Shown in pieces: positions 1 through 12,947 of a stretch of DNA of 64,000 nt. The position numbers were made by a program, and so were the translations under genes. The notes under the pieces are model-generated. The model ran no database searches. It was not told where the DNA came from and saw only the letters and a list, made by a program, of their open reading frames with translations. This DNA is from Mobula hypostoma (Eukaryota): contig NC_086108.1 of NCBI RefSeq assembly GCF_963921235.1, positions 110,858,001-110,922,000 on the forward strand, given 5' to 3'. The stretch's first letter is position 1. The number at the start of each line of letters is the position of its first letter.

Positions 1-720
1 GTGTTGAATCATTGTTGACAGAGCTAAGGAACTGCAAGGGTAAAGATACCTTGGTGAGAGTTGTATTCAGATCTCCAAACAGTAGTAAGGATGTGGCCTA
101 CCAATTACAATGGGAGATAGAAAAAAAACGTGAAAAAAATGGCAATGTTACAATAGTCATGGGGGACTTCAATATCCAGGTAGATTGGGAATATGCTGGG
201 TTCCAGGAGGGGGAATTTCTAGAGAGCCTATGAGATGACTTTTTATAGCAGCTTGTGGTTGAGCCCATTAGGAGATCAGCTATTCTGTATTGGGTGTTGT
301 GCAAGGACTCAGAATTGAGCTTAAAGTAAAAGAACGCCTCAGGGAGGGTGATCATAATACGATGAAATTCACTCCGAAATTTGAAAAGGAGAAGCTAAAG
401 TCAGATGTGTCAGTATTTCAGTGGAGTAAAGGGAATTACGGAAGCACGAGAGAAGAGTTGGATGGAATTGATTGGAAAAGAACACTGTCTGGGATGACGG
501 CAGAGCAGCAATAACTAGAATTTCTGGATGCAATTCAAGGCACGGGATATATCCATACCAAAGAGGGAAAAAGTATTCTAAAGGCAAGATGACGCAACCG
601 TCAAAGCTAAAGAGAAATGAAAGCCAAAGAGAGGGCATATAATAGAGCAAAAATTAGTGGGAAGTTAGAGGATTGGGAAGCCTTTATAAACCAACAGAAG
701 GCAACTGAAAAAGTCATTAA

Positions 721-3521
721 GTTTTCATGTTTTATAACATTGAATTATAGCTAATGTAGCTTGGCTTTTTTGACACAAACAACAGGAAAAGACTTTCATC
801 TCAAAGTGAAAACAGATCTCTACAAAGTGATCTAAACTAATTATGAATATAAAACACAAAATAATGGATTGCATTAGTATCCGCTCCCTTCAAGTCAGCA
901 TTTAGTGGATGATCTTTTGGCAGCAATTACAGCCAAAGTTGTAGCTAGGTCTCTATCAGCTTTGCACATCAGGGCAATGTAATTTTTCCCCATTCTTCTT
1001 TACAAACCTGCTCAAGCTCTGTCAGATTGCATGGGGATCATGAGTGAACAGCTCTTTTCAAGTCCAGCCACAAATTCTCAATTGGATTGTTCTGGCTACT
1101 CCAGGACATTAACTTTGTTGTTTTTAAAGCTATTCCTGTGTAGCTTTGGTCATTGTCTTGCTGGAAAACAAATCATCTCCCAAGTCGCAGTTCTCTTGCA
1201 GACTGCATCAGATTTTCTTCCAGGATTCCTCTGTATTTTGCTACATTCATTTTACCCTCTACCTTCACAAGCCTTCCAGACCTGCCGCAGTGAAGCATCC
1301 CCACAGCATGATGCAGCCACTACCATGCTTCACAGCAGGGATGGTGCATTTTTGATGCAGTGCAGTGTTTGTCTTACGCTTTTAATCTATGGGCAGAAAG
1401 CTCAATTTTGGTTTCAACATACATAGAACATTCTTCCATCTGACTTCAAAGTCTCCCACATGCCTTCTGGTAAACTCTAGCTGAGTGTTTTTCAACAGTG
1501 GCTTTCTCTTTGCCACTCTCCCGTAAAGCTGAGCCTGGTGAAGCACTCGGGCAACAGTTGTTGTTAGCACAGTCTCTCCCATCTCAGCCACTGAAGCTTG
1601 TAAAGCTTCCCTCACTTGTCCCCTTCTTATACGGTCACTCAGTTGTTGAGAATGGCCTGCTCTAGGCAGATTTACAGCAGTGCCATATTCTTTCCATTTT
1701 CTGTTAATTGACTTAACTGTACTCCAAGGGCTATTCAATGACTTGCAAATTTTCTTGTATCCATCTCCTGACTTGTGCTTTTCAATTACTTTTTCATGGA
1801 GTTGCTTGGAGTATTCTTTTGTCTTCATGGTGTAGTTTTTGCTAGGATACTGCCCTCCAGATACTGGTGTATTTTTACTACAAGCAATTGAAACACTTTG
1901 ACTGCACACAGGTGATCTCCATTTAACTAAATATTGGTCTTTTTTTTTGTAATTTATTTTTTATTGTATTTCATCAACAAACAAAACTTTCCATAAGATG
2001 TATTTCAGATACTGTACATATATATCGTATAATCATATTTGTCACAAATCTCCACATAATATTTATCTGAGGTATACACTTATAGAAAGGAGAGGAAAGA
2101 AAGAATAATCGAAAGAAGAAAACTATGTACAGAGTAGGGAGTGATCTTTTTTTTTTACAACATATTCATTGACTTGTGAGAATGAAATCAGGCCTATGAG
2201 ATGTTATGTAGTTAAACCATTTTTTTTCAGTATGAATAAAATTGTTCCAACTTATGATTAACAGATGCTGTTATTTTCTCCAGTTTGTAAACATGCATTG
2301 TAATTTCCATCCATACATTTAAAGTTGGGCTCTCCTGTGATAACCATTTCCTGGTAAGGGTCTTTTTACCAGCCACCAGCAGTATATTCATTAAATATTT
2401 ATCTCTTTTCAACCATTCTTGAGGTATATACCCAAAATATATGGTCTTACTCTCTAAGGGTATTTCACATTTAAAGATATAGGGCATTGTATATCCCACT
2501 CCAATAGTCTTTGATAACAGAGCAATCCCAGGAACTATGATAATGATTTACATTTTGATTTCCACAATTTCTCCAGCAAACAGGGGGGTTACTATCATAA
2601 TGGGATTTCTGAGAGGGTGTAATAAAATATCTTATCAAGATTTTCCACCCGATCTCCCTCCATTTCTGTGAATTGGTACACTTCCATTGATACCTCCATA
2701 TTATTGTCCAGTCTTCCTCAGATATTATTATCCCTCCTTCCTTCTCCCATTTTGTTTTCATGTATGAAGTCAAATGTGTTTTAAGATTTGACAAACCCTT
2801 ATACACGAAATTATGAAATGATTCTACTACCGTTGTCTGAATTATATGCTTTTCTAAATATCTCTATCAGACATGTACTTGCCTCGGTTACATTTTTAAC
2901 CGTCCTATTAACCTACTGTCGCATCTGTAAATAACGGTAAAAGTCTTGTTTTTCTAATAGGTGTTTCTCTTTGAGCATTTCAGAACTGAACAGTGTTCCT
3001 TCTTTCATTATATTGCAAATAGCTGTTATTTCTTTAGCTGTCCAGTCCTTCAATCTAGCATCCAGTTTATTCAGCGTAAAATCTGAGTCATATGCACACC
3101 ATTTAAGAATTGCAATGTCTTTCTCTAGTTTATATTCTTTTATAAAAGTTTTTCATATTTTAAGAGTCCATTTCACGCATGGGTTGTCAGTCTTATTTAT
3201 GTAACTTTGTAGGTTGTTATCAGCCAAAATTGCCTGTATGGGGATGGAAAGTATCTTCTAAATATTGGACTTCTAGAACAAATTGGCTGCATCAGTGATG
3301 AGTAAAGGGGGCTGAATACTTATGCAGTCAATTATATTGTGTTTTATATTTGTAATTAATTTAGATAACTTTGCAGAGATCTATTTTCACTTTGAAATGC
3401 AAGAGTCTTTTTCTGTTGATCAGTGTCAAAAAAAGCCAAATTAAATCCACTGTGATTCAATGTTGTAAAAGAATAGAACATGAACACTTCCAAGGGGCAT
3501 GAATACTTTTTATAGGCACTG
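721..3521 (-). mobile_element. Tc1-family DNA transposon with long IR/DR-type terminal inverted repeats (degenerate)
   Basis: transposase N-terminus MKTKEYSKQLHEKVIEKHKSGDGYKKI...WKEYGTAVNLPRAG (1382-1909); about 200-bp inverted repeats at about 721-890 and 3305-3521; right end ...aggcactg|TA. Confidence 0.9.
1941..3257 (-). mobile_element. 5'-truncated L1 inserted in the Tc1
   Basis: ORF2 C-terminus with CWRNCG...H..WDC motif; poly(A) tail; TSD ctaaatattgg(t/a)ctt at 1927 and 3258. Confidence 0.9.
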
Positions 3522-4473
3522 TAAAGTGTAAAAGAGAGGTGAGAGTGGACCACTGGAAAAAGATGCTGGAGAGGTAGTAATGGGGGACATTGAAATAGCG
3601 GATGAACTGATTAAGTATTTTACTTCAGTCTTCGCTGTGGAAGACACTAGCAGTATGGTAGAAGTTCCAGGTGTCAGGGGTCATGAAGAGTGAGTAGTTA
3701 CCATAACTAGCGAGAAGGTTCTTAGGAAACTGAAAGGTCTGAAGGTAGGTAAGTCAACTGGACCAGATGGTGTACACCCCAGAGTTCTGAATGAGCTGGT
3801 TGAAGGCATTAGAAACGATCTTTCGAGAATCACAAGATTCTGGATGACTGGAAAATTGCAAATATCACTCCAAGAAGGGAGAGAGGCAGAAGAAAAGAAA
3901 CTATAGGCCAGTTAGTATGACCTCAGTAGTTGGGAAGATATTGGAGTCGATTATTAAGGATGGAGGCACATGATAAAATAGGCTATAGTCAGCATGGTTT
4001 CCTCAAGGGAAAATCTTGCCAGACAAATCTGTTGGAATTCTTTGAAGAAATAGCAGGCAGGAAGACAAAGCAGAATTGGTTGATGTTGTGTACTTGGATT
4101 TTCAGAAAGCCTTTGATAAGGTGACACACATGAGGCTGTTTAACAAGCTATGAGCTCATGGTATTACAGGAAAGATTCTATCATGGATAAAGCAGTAGCT
4201 GATTGGCAGGAGGCAAAGAGTGAGAACAAAGGGGCCTTTTCTGGTTGTCTGCCAGTGACAAGAGATGTTCCATAGAAGTCTGTGTTGGGACTGATTCTTT
4301 TCACTTCATATGTCAGTGATTTGGATGATGGAATTGATGGCTTTGCTGCAAAGTTTGCAGATGATATGAAGTTAGGTGGAGGGGGCAGGTAGTTTTGAGG
4401 AAATGGAGAGGACATAGACAGACTAGGAGAATAGGCAAAGAAGTGGCAGATGGACTACAGTGTCAGGACGAGT

Positions 4474-4599
4474 ATCAAATCAAGTTTAATGATCATTCAG
4501 GCCAGACATGGATATAGTTGAACGAGACAGTGTTCCTCTGCGGGTCAGGTGTATAACAAGCATTCAAAATAGTGAGAGAGAGAGAAACGCGCGTGTGTG

Positions 4600-4663
<64 letters not shown>

Positions 4664-4820
4664 TACTATTACGCAGGAAAAACACGTGTAGTCCAAGTCC
4701 CTGAGTGACATGCAAGTTGATGGTGCAGCTCCTGGCAATCCAGCCTGTCCGTCTGCTGGTTGAACACTGGAGGGCTGCTCCCAACTGAGGACAGACTCCA
4801 AACTCCACACTACACTGTGT
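4474..4820 (-). mobile_element. short non-coding retroposon with (CA)n tract, nested in CR1
   Basis: LINE-like tail ...attaaacttgatttgat on the minus strand; CR1 resumes at 4823; related copy at 23364-23600. Confidence 0.6.
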
Positions 4821-5296
4821 TGGGTCATGCACTTTGGTAGAAGAAATGAAAGGGTTGATAATTATCTAAATGGAGAGAAAATACAAAAAAATGAGGTGCA
4901 AAGGGGCTTGGGAGTCCTTGTGCAGGATTACCTGAAGGTTAATTGCAGGTTAAGTCTGTGGTGAGGAAGGCAAATGCAATATTGGCATTCATTTCACGAA
5001 GACTAGAATATAAAAGCAACGATGTAATATTGTAACTTTATGAAGCAATGATGAGGCCTCACTGGCAGTATTGTGAGTAGTTTTGGGCCCTTTATCTGAG
5101 AAAGGACGTACTGAAACTGGAGAGGGTTTAAAGGAGGTTTCGAAAATGATTCCAGGATTGAATGGCTTGTCATATGAAGAGCGTTTGATGATTCTGGGCC
5201 TGTATTCACTGCAATTCAGTAGAATGGGGGGTAACCTCATTGAAACCTATCGAATGATGAAAGGCTTTGATAGAATGGATGTGGAGAGGATGTTTC

Positions 5297-6280
5297 ATAG
5301 AACATAGAAATTTACAGCACATTACAGGCCCTGTGGCCCACAGTGTTGTGCCCACAATGTAACCTACTTTAGAGACTGCCTAGAATTTCCCTAGTGCATA
5401 GCCCTCTATTTTTCTAAGCTTCTTGTACCTATCTAAGGAGATCTTAAAAGATCCTATTGTATCTGCTTCCACCACTGTCATCTGCAGTGTGTTCCATGCA
5501 CCCACCACTCTCTGTGTGAAAACCTTGCCCCTGACATCTACTCGGTACCTATTTCCAAGCACCTTAAAACTATGCCCCCACACGTTAGCCATTTCAGCCC
5601 TGGGAAAAAGCCTCTGACTATCCACACAATCAGTGCCTCTCATCATCTTATACACCTCTATCAGGTCACCTCTCATCCTCCGTCGCTCCAAGGAGAAAAG
5701 GCCGAGTTCACTCAACCTATTCTCATAAGGCATGCTCCCCAATCCAGGCAACATCCTTGTAAATCTCCTCTGCGCTCTCCCTGTAGTATCCACATCCTTC
5801 TTGTAGTGAGGTGACCAGAACTGAACACAGTACTCCAAGTGAGGTCTGACCAGGGTCCTATATAGCTGTTACATTACCTCACGGCTCGTAAACTCAACTC
5901 CACAGTTGATAAATGCCAACACTGTCAACCTGAGTAGCAGCTTTGAATGTCCTTATTGGCATGGACCCCAAGATCTCTCAGATTCTCCACACTGCCAACA
6001 GTCTTACCATTTATATTATATTTTCTCTTCAAATTGGACCTCCCAAAATGAACCACTTCACACTTACCTGGGTTGAAGTCCATCTGCCACTTCTTAGCCC
6101 CGTTCTGCATCCTATTGATGTCCCGCTGTAACCTCTGACAACCCTCCAGACCGTCCACAACACCCCCAACCTTTGTGTCATCAGCAGACTCACTAACCCA
6201 CACATCTACTTCGTTCAGGTCATTCATAAAACTCACAAAGAGGAAGGGTTCCAGAACAGATCCCTGTGGAACACTATTGG
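5297..6280 (-). mobile_element. 5'-truncated CR1 (second subfamily)
   Basis: VPQGSVL...ADDTKVGG, EYCVQFWSPH, WNTL motifs; (GTTCTAT)-type tail. Confidence 0.9.
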
Positions 6281-7132
6281 TCCTATGGTGCGAGAGTCTA
6301 AGGCCAGGGGACATATCCTCAGAATAGAAGGGTGCCCTTTTAGAATGGAGATAAGGGAGAATTCCTTAGTCACAGAGAGGTGAATCTGTGGAATAGTTTA
6401 CCACAGGCAGCTGCAGAGGCCAAGTCTTTATGTATATTTAAGGCAGAGGTTGATAGATTCTTGACTGGTCAGGGTATGAAGAGATACAAGGGGAAGGCAG
6501 GAGATTGGAGCTGAAAGGAAAATTGGATCAGCCATGATGAAATGGTGGAGCAGACTTGATGAACCAAATGGCATAATTCTTCACCTATATCTCATGGTCT
6601 TATGGTGCCACCAGGCTCATGGGCAGCTCCTATCCTGCTGTGATCAGAGACTTGAATGGACCTCTTGTCCTCACAAACAACCTCATCGTCATCTTGCATT
6701 TTATCATTAATCTGTACTGCAGTCTTTCTGTACCTTTACACTTTATTCTGCTTTGTTATTGTTTTACATCATTCTCCCTCAATAAATCGTGTAATGATCT
6801 GATCTGTAAGACAAGCTTTTCACTGTATCTCAGTACATGTGACAATAATATACCAATACCTTATTCTCTTCCTGTGTCTTATGGTTCTTAGAAAAGCATT
6901 CAACAACATTCTTCATGGTGTAGTTCCTCTGACTTATTTAGGAATTATCAATATTTCTGTAACAATACATCCATCAGGATGTTGACTCACAAACAAGAGA
7001 AAATCTGCAGATGCTGGAAGTCAAACTAATACACTCAGAATGATGGGGTTGATGTTTTGGGCTGAGATCCTTCCTCAGGACTGAGAAGGAAGGGAGAAAA
7101 TGCCAGAACGAGGGAAGCCCCCTCACTGGGCC

Positions 7133-7885
7133 TGTACGAACGTTAGCTCGATAGCTGGCTGTGCTAACAGCCAGTGGACTTCGTGGTGAGAAAACCACCT
7201 TTCTCAAGCAGTGTGTGTGTAGAGTTGGTATGATTTGGGTCCCACCATACCGGAAAGTTTAGGACGTTTCAACTAACGAAACCCTGATTTGAGTGAATGC
7301 TGTGTAAATACTGCCCATATGTAATTATCTGCCATGAAGAAATAACAGATCATACATTGCATACAATTATAAAGAAAGTGTATTTACTGATTTCAACTTT
7401 AACAAACAGCAATTAAGAGGAAAAGGAAAAGGAAAAAAAATCAAAGGGCCCATTATAATTAAACCAGTCTAAATATGCACATGTTGGAGCTCATATCTTC
7501 CGAAAGCTGGGTGTGTCCCTTATTCAGGGCGCCAATCCCTCATCACCGATCACTGGTAGAACGTCCCATCTTGGACTCCTTCGAATCATGCCTTCCTAAC
7601 AGATCAAATCCTACGGCTGTCTCTCCCGACCCTCTCCTCTCTGCATCGCTCGCCAAAAGACCACGAACCACACTCGTGTCCATCACGAATCCTCTCCATC
7701 CAGCTTTTTCTAGAACCTTCTCCCATTCCACCATTCTGATTGGCTGACCCAGCACTCCTAGGTTGAACTTCACGGCCCCTTATCTTTAACTGAAACCCAA
7801 ACTCTATCAGCAGTGCACACTGCTTCCACAGAAAGCTACAAAATGAAATGCCCCACAGCATTAGCAGTAATAATCTTAACCAGAG
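7133..7885 (-). mobile_element. probable solo LTR of a different family
   Basis: about 750-bp non-coding block ending ...TACA on the minus strand, with a CCAAT motif; unlike the flanking LINE fragments; no TSD confirmed. Confidence 0.4.
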
Positions 7886-8124
7886 GAATGAGGTATGTTT
7901 GTGGTTTCATTGTTCGTTCAGAAGTCAGATGGCAGAGGGGAAGCAGCTGTTCCTGAATCATTGAGTGTGTGTCTTCAGGCTCCTGTACCTCCTCCCCAAC
8001 AGTAGCAATGCGAAGAGGGTACGTCCTGACTTAGATTATGTGAAGTTTGTTGTTTTGCTGCAGCAGTACAGTTCAAAGCTACAGAATTACAAAAGTGAAT
8101 AAATTGGCCAAGAAAGGAATAATG

Positions 8125-9060
8125 AAGTATTTGCTAACAACAACAGGAACAACCTCTCTCTGCTTTCCACAGGGATTGCTCCCTACGCGACTCCCTTGTC
8201 CATTCGTCCCCCCCATCCCTCCCCACTGATCTCCCTCCCGGCACTTATCCTTGTAAGCGGAACAAGTGCTACACATGCCCTTACACTTCCTCCCTTACCA
8301 CCATTCAGGGCCCCAAACAGTCCTTCCAGGTGAGGCGACACTTCACCTGTGAGTCGACTGAGGTGATATACTGCGTCCGGTGCTCCCGATGTGGCCTTTT
8401 ATATATTGGCGAGACCCGACGCAGACTGGGAGACCGCTTTGCTGAACATCTACGCTCTGTCCGCCAGAGAAAGCAGGATTTCCCAGTGGCCACACATTTT
8501 AATTCCACATCCCATTCCCATTCTGATATGTCTATCCACGGCCTCCTCTACTGTAAAGATGAAGCCACACTCAGGTTGGAGGAACAACACCTTATATTCC
8601 GTCTGGGTAGCCTCCAACCTGATCCTGATGGCATAAACATCGACTTCTCTAACTTCCGCTAAGGCCCCACCTCCCCCTCGTACCCCATCTGTTACTTATT
8701 TTTATACACACATTCTTTCTCTCACTCTCCTTTTTCTCCCTCTGTCCCTCTGAATATACCCCTTGCCCATCCTCTGGGTCCCCCCACCCCCCGTCTTTCT
8801 TCCCGGACCTCTTGTCCCATGATCCTCTCGTATCCCTTTTGCCAATCACCTGTCCAGCTCTTGGCTCCATCCCTCCTCCTCCTGTCTTCTCCTATCATTT
8901 TGGATCTCCCCCTCCCCCTCCAACTTTCAAATCCCTTACTCACTCTTCCTTCAGTTAGTCCTGACAAAGGGTCTCAGCCTGAAACGTCGACTGCACCTCT
9001 TCCTAGAGATGCTGCCTGGCCTGCTGCGTTCACCAGCAACTTTTATGTGTGTTGCTTGAA
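8125..9060 (+). mobile_element. Penelope-like element fragment with GIY-YIG endonuclease and 3' tail
   Basis: FTCESTEVIYCVRCSRCGLLYIGETRRRLGDRFAEH...G.N (8330-8662); tail CCTGA..AAGGGTCTCAGCCTGAAACGTCGAC. Confidence 0.88.
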
Positions 9061-9238
9061 GTATTTGCTCATGGGTTTATTGACCATTCAGAGATATGAT
9101 GGCAGAGGGGAAAAAGCTGTTCTTGAATCGTTGAGTGTGGGTGTTTGGGCTCCTGTACCTCCTCCCTGAAGGCCACGTACCAAATGGTGAGGGTCCTTCC
9201 TGATGGATGTTGCCTTCTTAAGGCATCACGCCTTGATG

Positions 9239-9436
9239 ATCACAGGCACCAGCTCCATCACGGGCACCAGCTCCATCACGGGCACCAGCTCCATCATGGG
9301 CACCAGCTCCATCACGGGCACCAGCTCCATCACGGGCACCAGCTCCATCACGGGCACCAGCTCCATCATGGGCACCAGCTCCATCATGGGCACCAGCTCC
9401 ATCACGGGCACCAGCTCCATCACGGGCACTAGCTTC
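9239..9436. repeat. 18-bp minisatellite, about 11 units (ATCAYGGGCACCAGCTCC)
   Basis: tandem units read directly; internal units differ only by C/T at one position. Confidence 0.97.
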
Positions 9437-9635
9437 ACCAGCATCAAGGGCAACTTCGAAAGGCAGCATCCATCATTGAAGACCACCATCACCCAGGACA
9501 TGCCCTCTTCTCATTGCTACCATTGGGAGGAGGTACTGGAGCCTGAAGACATACATCCAACATTTCAGGTTTCTGAATGGACAGTGAATCCATAAGCACT
9601 ACCTCAATATATACTTTGCTCTATTTTTGCACTAT

Positions 9636-10031
9636 CATCATCACCACCATGATGTGCCGTGTCATATGACTTGGGCGATCATGGTGACCATGATTGTTCT
9701 TGGCAAATTTTTCTACAGAAGTGGTTTGCCATTGCCTTCTTCCGGGCAGTGTCTTTACAAGACGGGTGACCCCAGCCATTATCAATACTCTACAGAGATT
9801 GTCTGCCTGGCGTCAGTGGTCACATAACCAGGACTTGTGACAATAGCCACCAGCTGTTCATACGACCATCCACCACCTGCTCCCGTGCCTTTACGTGACC
9901 CTGATAGGGAGTGGGGGGTAGGAGGGCTAAACAGGTGCTACACCTTGCGCAAGGGTGACCTGCAGACTCGCAGAGGGAAGAATTGCCTTGCCCCTCCTTT
10001 GGTAGAGATGTACCTATATCTTACCTCCCAC
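9636..10031 (-). mobile_element. SINE-like element with an RTE/BovB-type motif
   Basis: 12-bp TSD tttttgcactat (9624-9635, 10032-10043); GAAGTGGTTTGCCATTGCCTTC motif; (GAT)n tail. Confidence 0.7.
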
Positions 10032-11989
10032 TTTTTGCACTATTTAATATAAATATTGTATTGTAGTTCAGTTTTTAATTACTATGTACCGTTGATGCAG
10101 AACCATATTGCATGTCATGTCAGTGATAGTGACTGATTCTGATTCTAATGTGCCTGATATTGGTGCTAGCTCAGTCTACAACACTCTGCAGCCTCTCTTA
10201 TGATCCTGTACGTTATCATTTCCAAACCAGGAGATGACCCAACCAGTCAGAACGCTCCAGAGCTGGCACGGAACTGTGGGACCCTAAAGCACTCAAATAT
10301 AATTCTATACCTGCAGTCAGAATTTCTTTGATTTGAGCAAATGAGCCAATTTGCTGGGTGTCAACATTTCAGAGGGTCTGTTCAAAGGTTCAAAAGGTTC
10401 ATTTATTATGAAAGTATGTATGCAGTATACAACTCTGAGATTCTCCTTCTCAGGATAGCCATGGAACAAAGGAAAACCATGGGAATCAGCCCAGAGACAA
10501 ATAGCAAACCCACTGAGACGATCATCAACACCCACCCCACCACCGCACAAAATGCAACAAAATGTCAGCACCCAAATCCCCTCCCCCCACAAAAAAACAA
10601 TGAGAAAGAATGACAAAAACACAGAATATAAAAACCATAAGACTGGAAAAAAAAGTTGTCGTCCAGAATCCATACACAGAAGCCTCGGTAACGTTCACCA
10701 ATATTACCGAAAGAGAGAGACTTCGGGCACAGTGATAGGCCTGACATGCTTCTGCTTTGAGTGCAGAGTGATCCCACCAGCCCCGTCTCGCAGTTTCTTT
10801 GCCTCGAGGTTTGGGGTCGCTTCTTCCTGGTATCTTTTCAGAGACAGCAAAGCGCTGGATAGCTCAATCGATCTCCAAACCGGAAATTACAGGCTCTAGC
10901 AGTTCCAGAAACACATTCAAGATGAAAAGCAAACTTAAAAGAAGTAACAGAAATGAAATAAATGGTTTTATTTTTTTTTATCCAGAAGATGTCGACCAAA
11001 GGAGAGTTGGACGCAGGTGCCATTTTTATCAGAAGTCTGTCATGCAATTGTGAAGAAGGTATGCGAATGGAGTTTGAAGAGATTTTGTATGTCACTGAAG
11101 ACTCTTGCAAATTTCTACAGCCCATTCCGACTGGTTGCTCACCGTCTGGTCTGGAGGCCCTGATGCACAGGATTGGAAAAGGCTGCAGAGGCTTGTCGAC
11201 TTGGCCATCTCCATCATGGCCACCAGCAGAAGATGGCACCAGCAAGCAATGCAACCAGAGGCAATGTCCTTCAGACAGTTGATGAAACTACTTTTACTTC
11301 TTATTTCAAATATGATTTTACTACTGTTAGAACTTCTGGTTTACATTTTGATGATTTTTTTTTTGGGGGGCAATTGAGTGATCTGGCACTTCACTGTCTC
11401 TGAGGGGGTTCGGGGAGGCTTCAAGCGAAATGTACAGCCTGGAGGCCAAGAAGCCTGGAGATACAGTGCACGATCGGTTCCATTTCTTGCCAAGCAAGGT
11501 TGAAATCAGTGAGGAGGGTGAGTGGAAGCTCAGGCCATCTGTCTGTGTTACGGAGACCAGTGTCTCTCTCCCTATCGCTTGCTGCTGTCGGAGGAAGGCG
11601 CCTGCATCTGATTGGTCTCTCGCTCTCATTCGCTGCTCCTGGAAGGAAGTTTAATTGTCGCAGTTGCTGGGTCATGGTGTTCATGTTCTGATGTGCATCT
11701 GGATTCTGGTTGTTTTTTTGTTGCTATTTTGTGTGATTTTCATCGGGGCAGACTGGCTCTTTGGCCTGTAGTTAGCGAATGACACAGTGCTAAATTGAAC
11801 TGAACTGAACTCTGTTAACATTCTGAGACTGTTTCAATGGATTTTTTGTTTTATATTGTGTTTTTCACTAATTTTTGCTGTTTGTGCGATTTGTTTTCTT
11901 TTGTGCATTCGGTGTGTGCCGTTTTCTTTGACATTTTTCCATGGTATTTCTTTGTTTTTTGGTTGCTGCAGGAAGAAGAATCTCAGCAT

Positions 11990-12947
11990 TAGTCATAGTC
12001 ATAGTTATACTCATACTTTATTGATCCCGGGGGAAATTGGTTTTCATTACAGTTGCACCATAAATAATAAATAGTAATAAAACCATAAATAGTTAAATAG
12101 TAATATGTAAATTATGCCAGGAAATAAGTCCAGGACCAGCCTATTAGCTCAGGGTGTCTGATCCTCCAAAGGAGGAGTTGTAAAGTTTGATGGCCACAGG
12201 CAGGAATGACTTCCTATGACGCTCTGTGCTGCATCTCGGTGGAATGAGTCTCTGGCTGAATGTACTCCTGTGCCCAATCAGTCCATTATGTAGTGGATGG
12301 GAGACATTGACCAAGATGGCATGCAACTTGGACAGCATCCTCTTTTCAGACACCACCGTGAGAGAGTCCAGTTCCATCTCCACAACATCACTGGCCTTAC
12401 GAATGAGTTTGTTGATTCTGTTGGTGTCTGCTACCCTCAGCCTGCTGCCCTAGCACACAACAGCAAACATGATCGCACTGGCCACCACAGACTCATAGAA
12501 CATCCTCAGCATCGTCCGGTAGGTGTTAAAGGACCTCAGTCTCCTCAGGAAATAGAGACGGCTCTGACCCTTCTTGTAGACAGCCTCAGTGTTCTTTGAC
12601 CAGTCCAGTTTATTGTCAATTCTTATCCCCAGGTATTTGTAATCCTCCACCATGTCCACACTGATCCCCTGGATAGAAACAGGGGACACTGGTACCTTAG
12701 CTCTCCTCAGGTCTACCACCAGCTCCTTAGTCTTTTTCACATTAAGCTGCAGATAATTCTGCTCACACCATGCGACAAAGTTTCCTACCATAGCCCTGTA
12801 CTCAGCCTCATCTCCCTTGCTGATACATCCAACTATGGCAGAGCCATCAGAAAACTTCTGAAGATGGCAAGACTCTGTGCAGTAGTTGAATTCCGAGGTG
12901 TAAATGGTGAAGAGAAAGGGAGACAAGACCGTCCCCTGTGGAGCCCC
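11990..12947 (-). mobile_element. 5'-truncated Rex1/Babar-type LINE
   Basis: GAPQGTVLSPFLFTIYT...QKFSD.SAIVG...KYLG...RLYFLRRLRSF; tail GGGATCAATAAAGTA plus (TATGAC)n. Confidence 0.88.

Larger units (their letters stand above)
1..6608 (+). mobile_element. old CR1 LINE ORF2 and 3' tail, broken by several nested insertions
   Basis: ELRNCKG...MGDFN (APE endonuclease), SQHGFLKGKSC, FAAKFADD segments in collinear order; (TCTTATGG)-like tail near 6600. Confidence 0.88.

Noticed and set aside
9239..9436. CRISPR-like array or His-rich/repeat protein
   Set aside because: Head-to-tail units without spacers, no cas genes, eukaryotic context; the ORFs are artefacts of an 18-bp period
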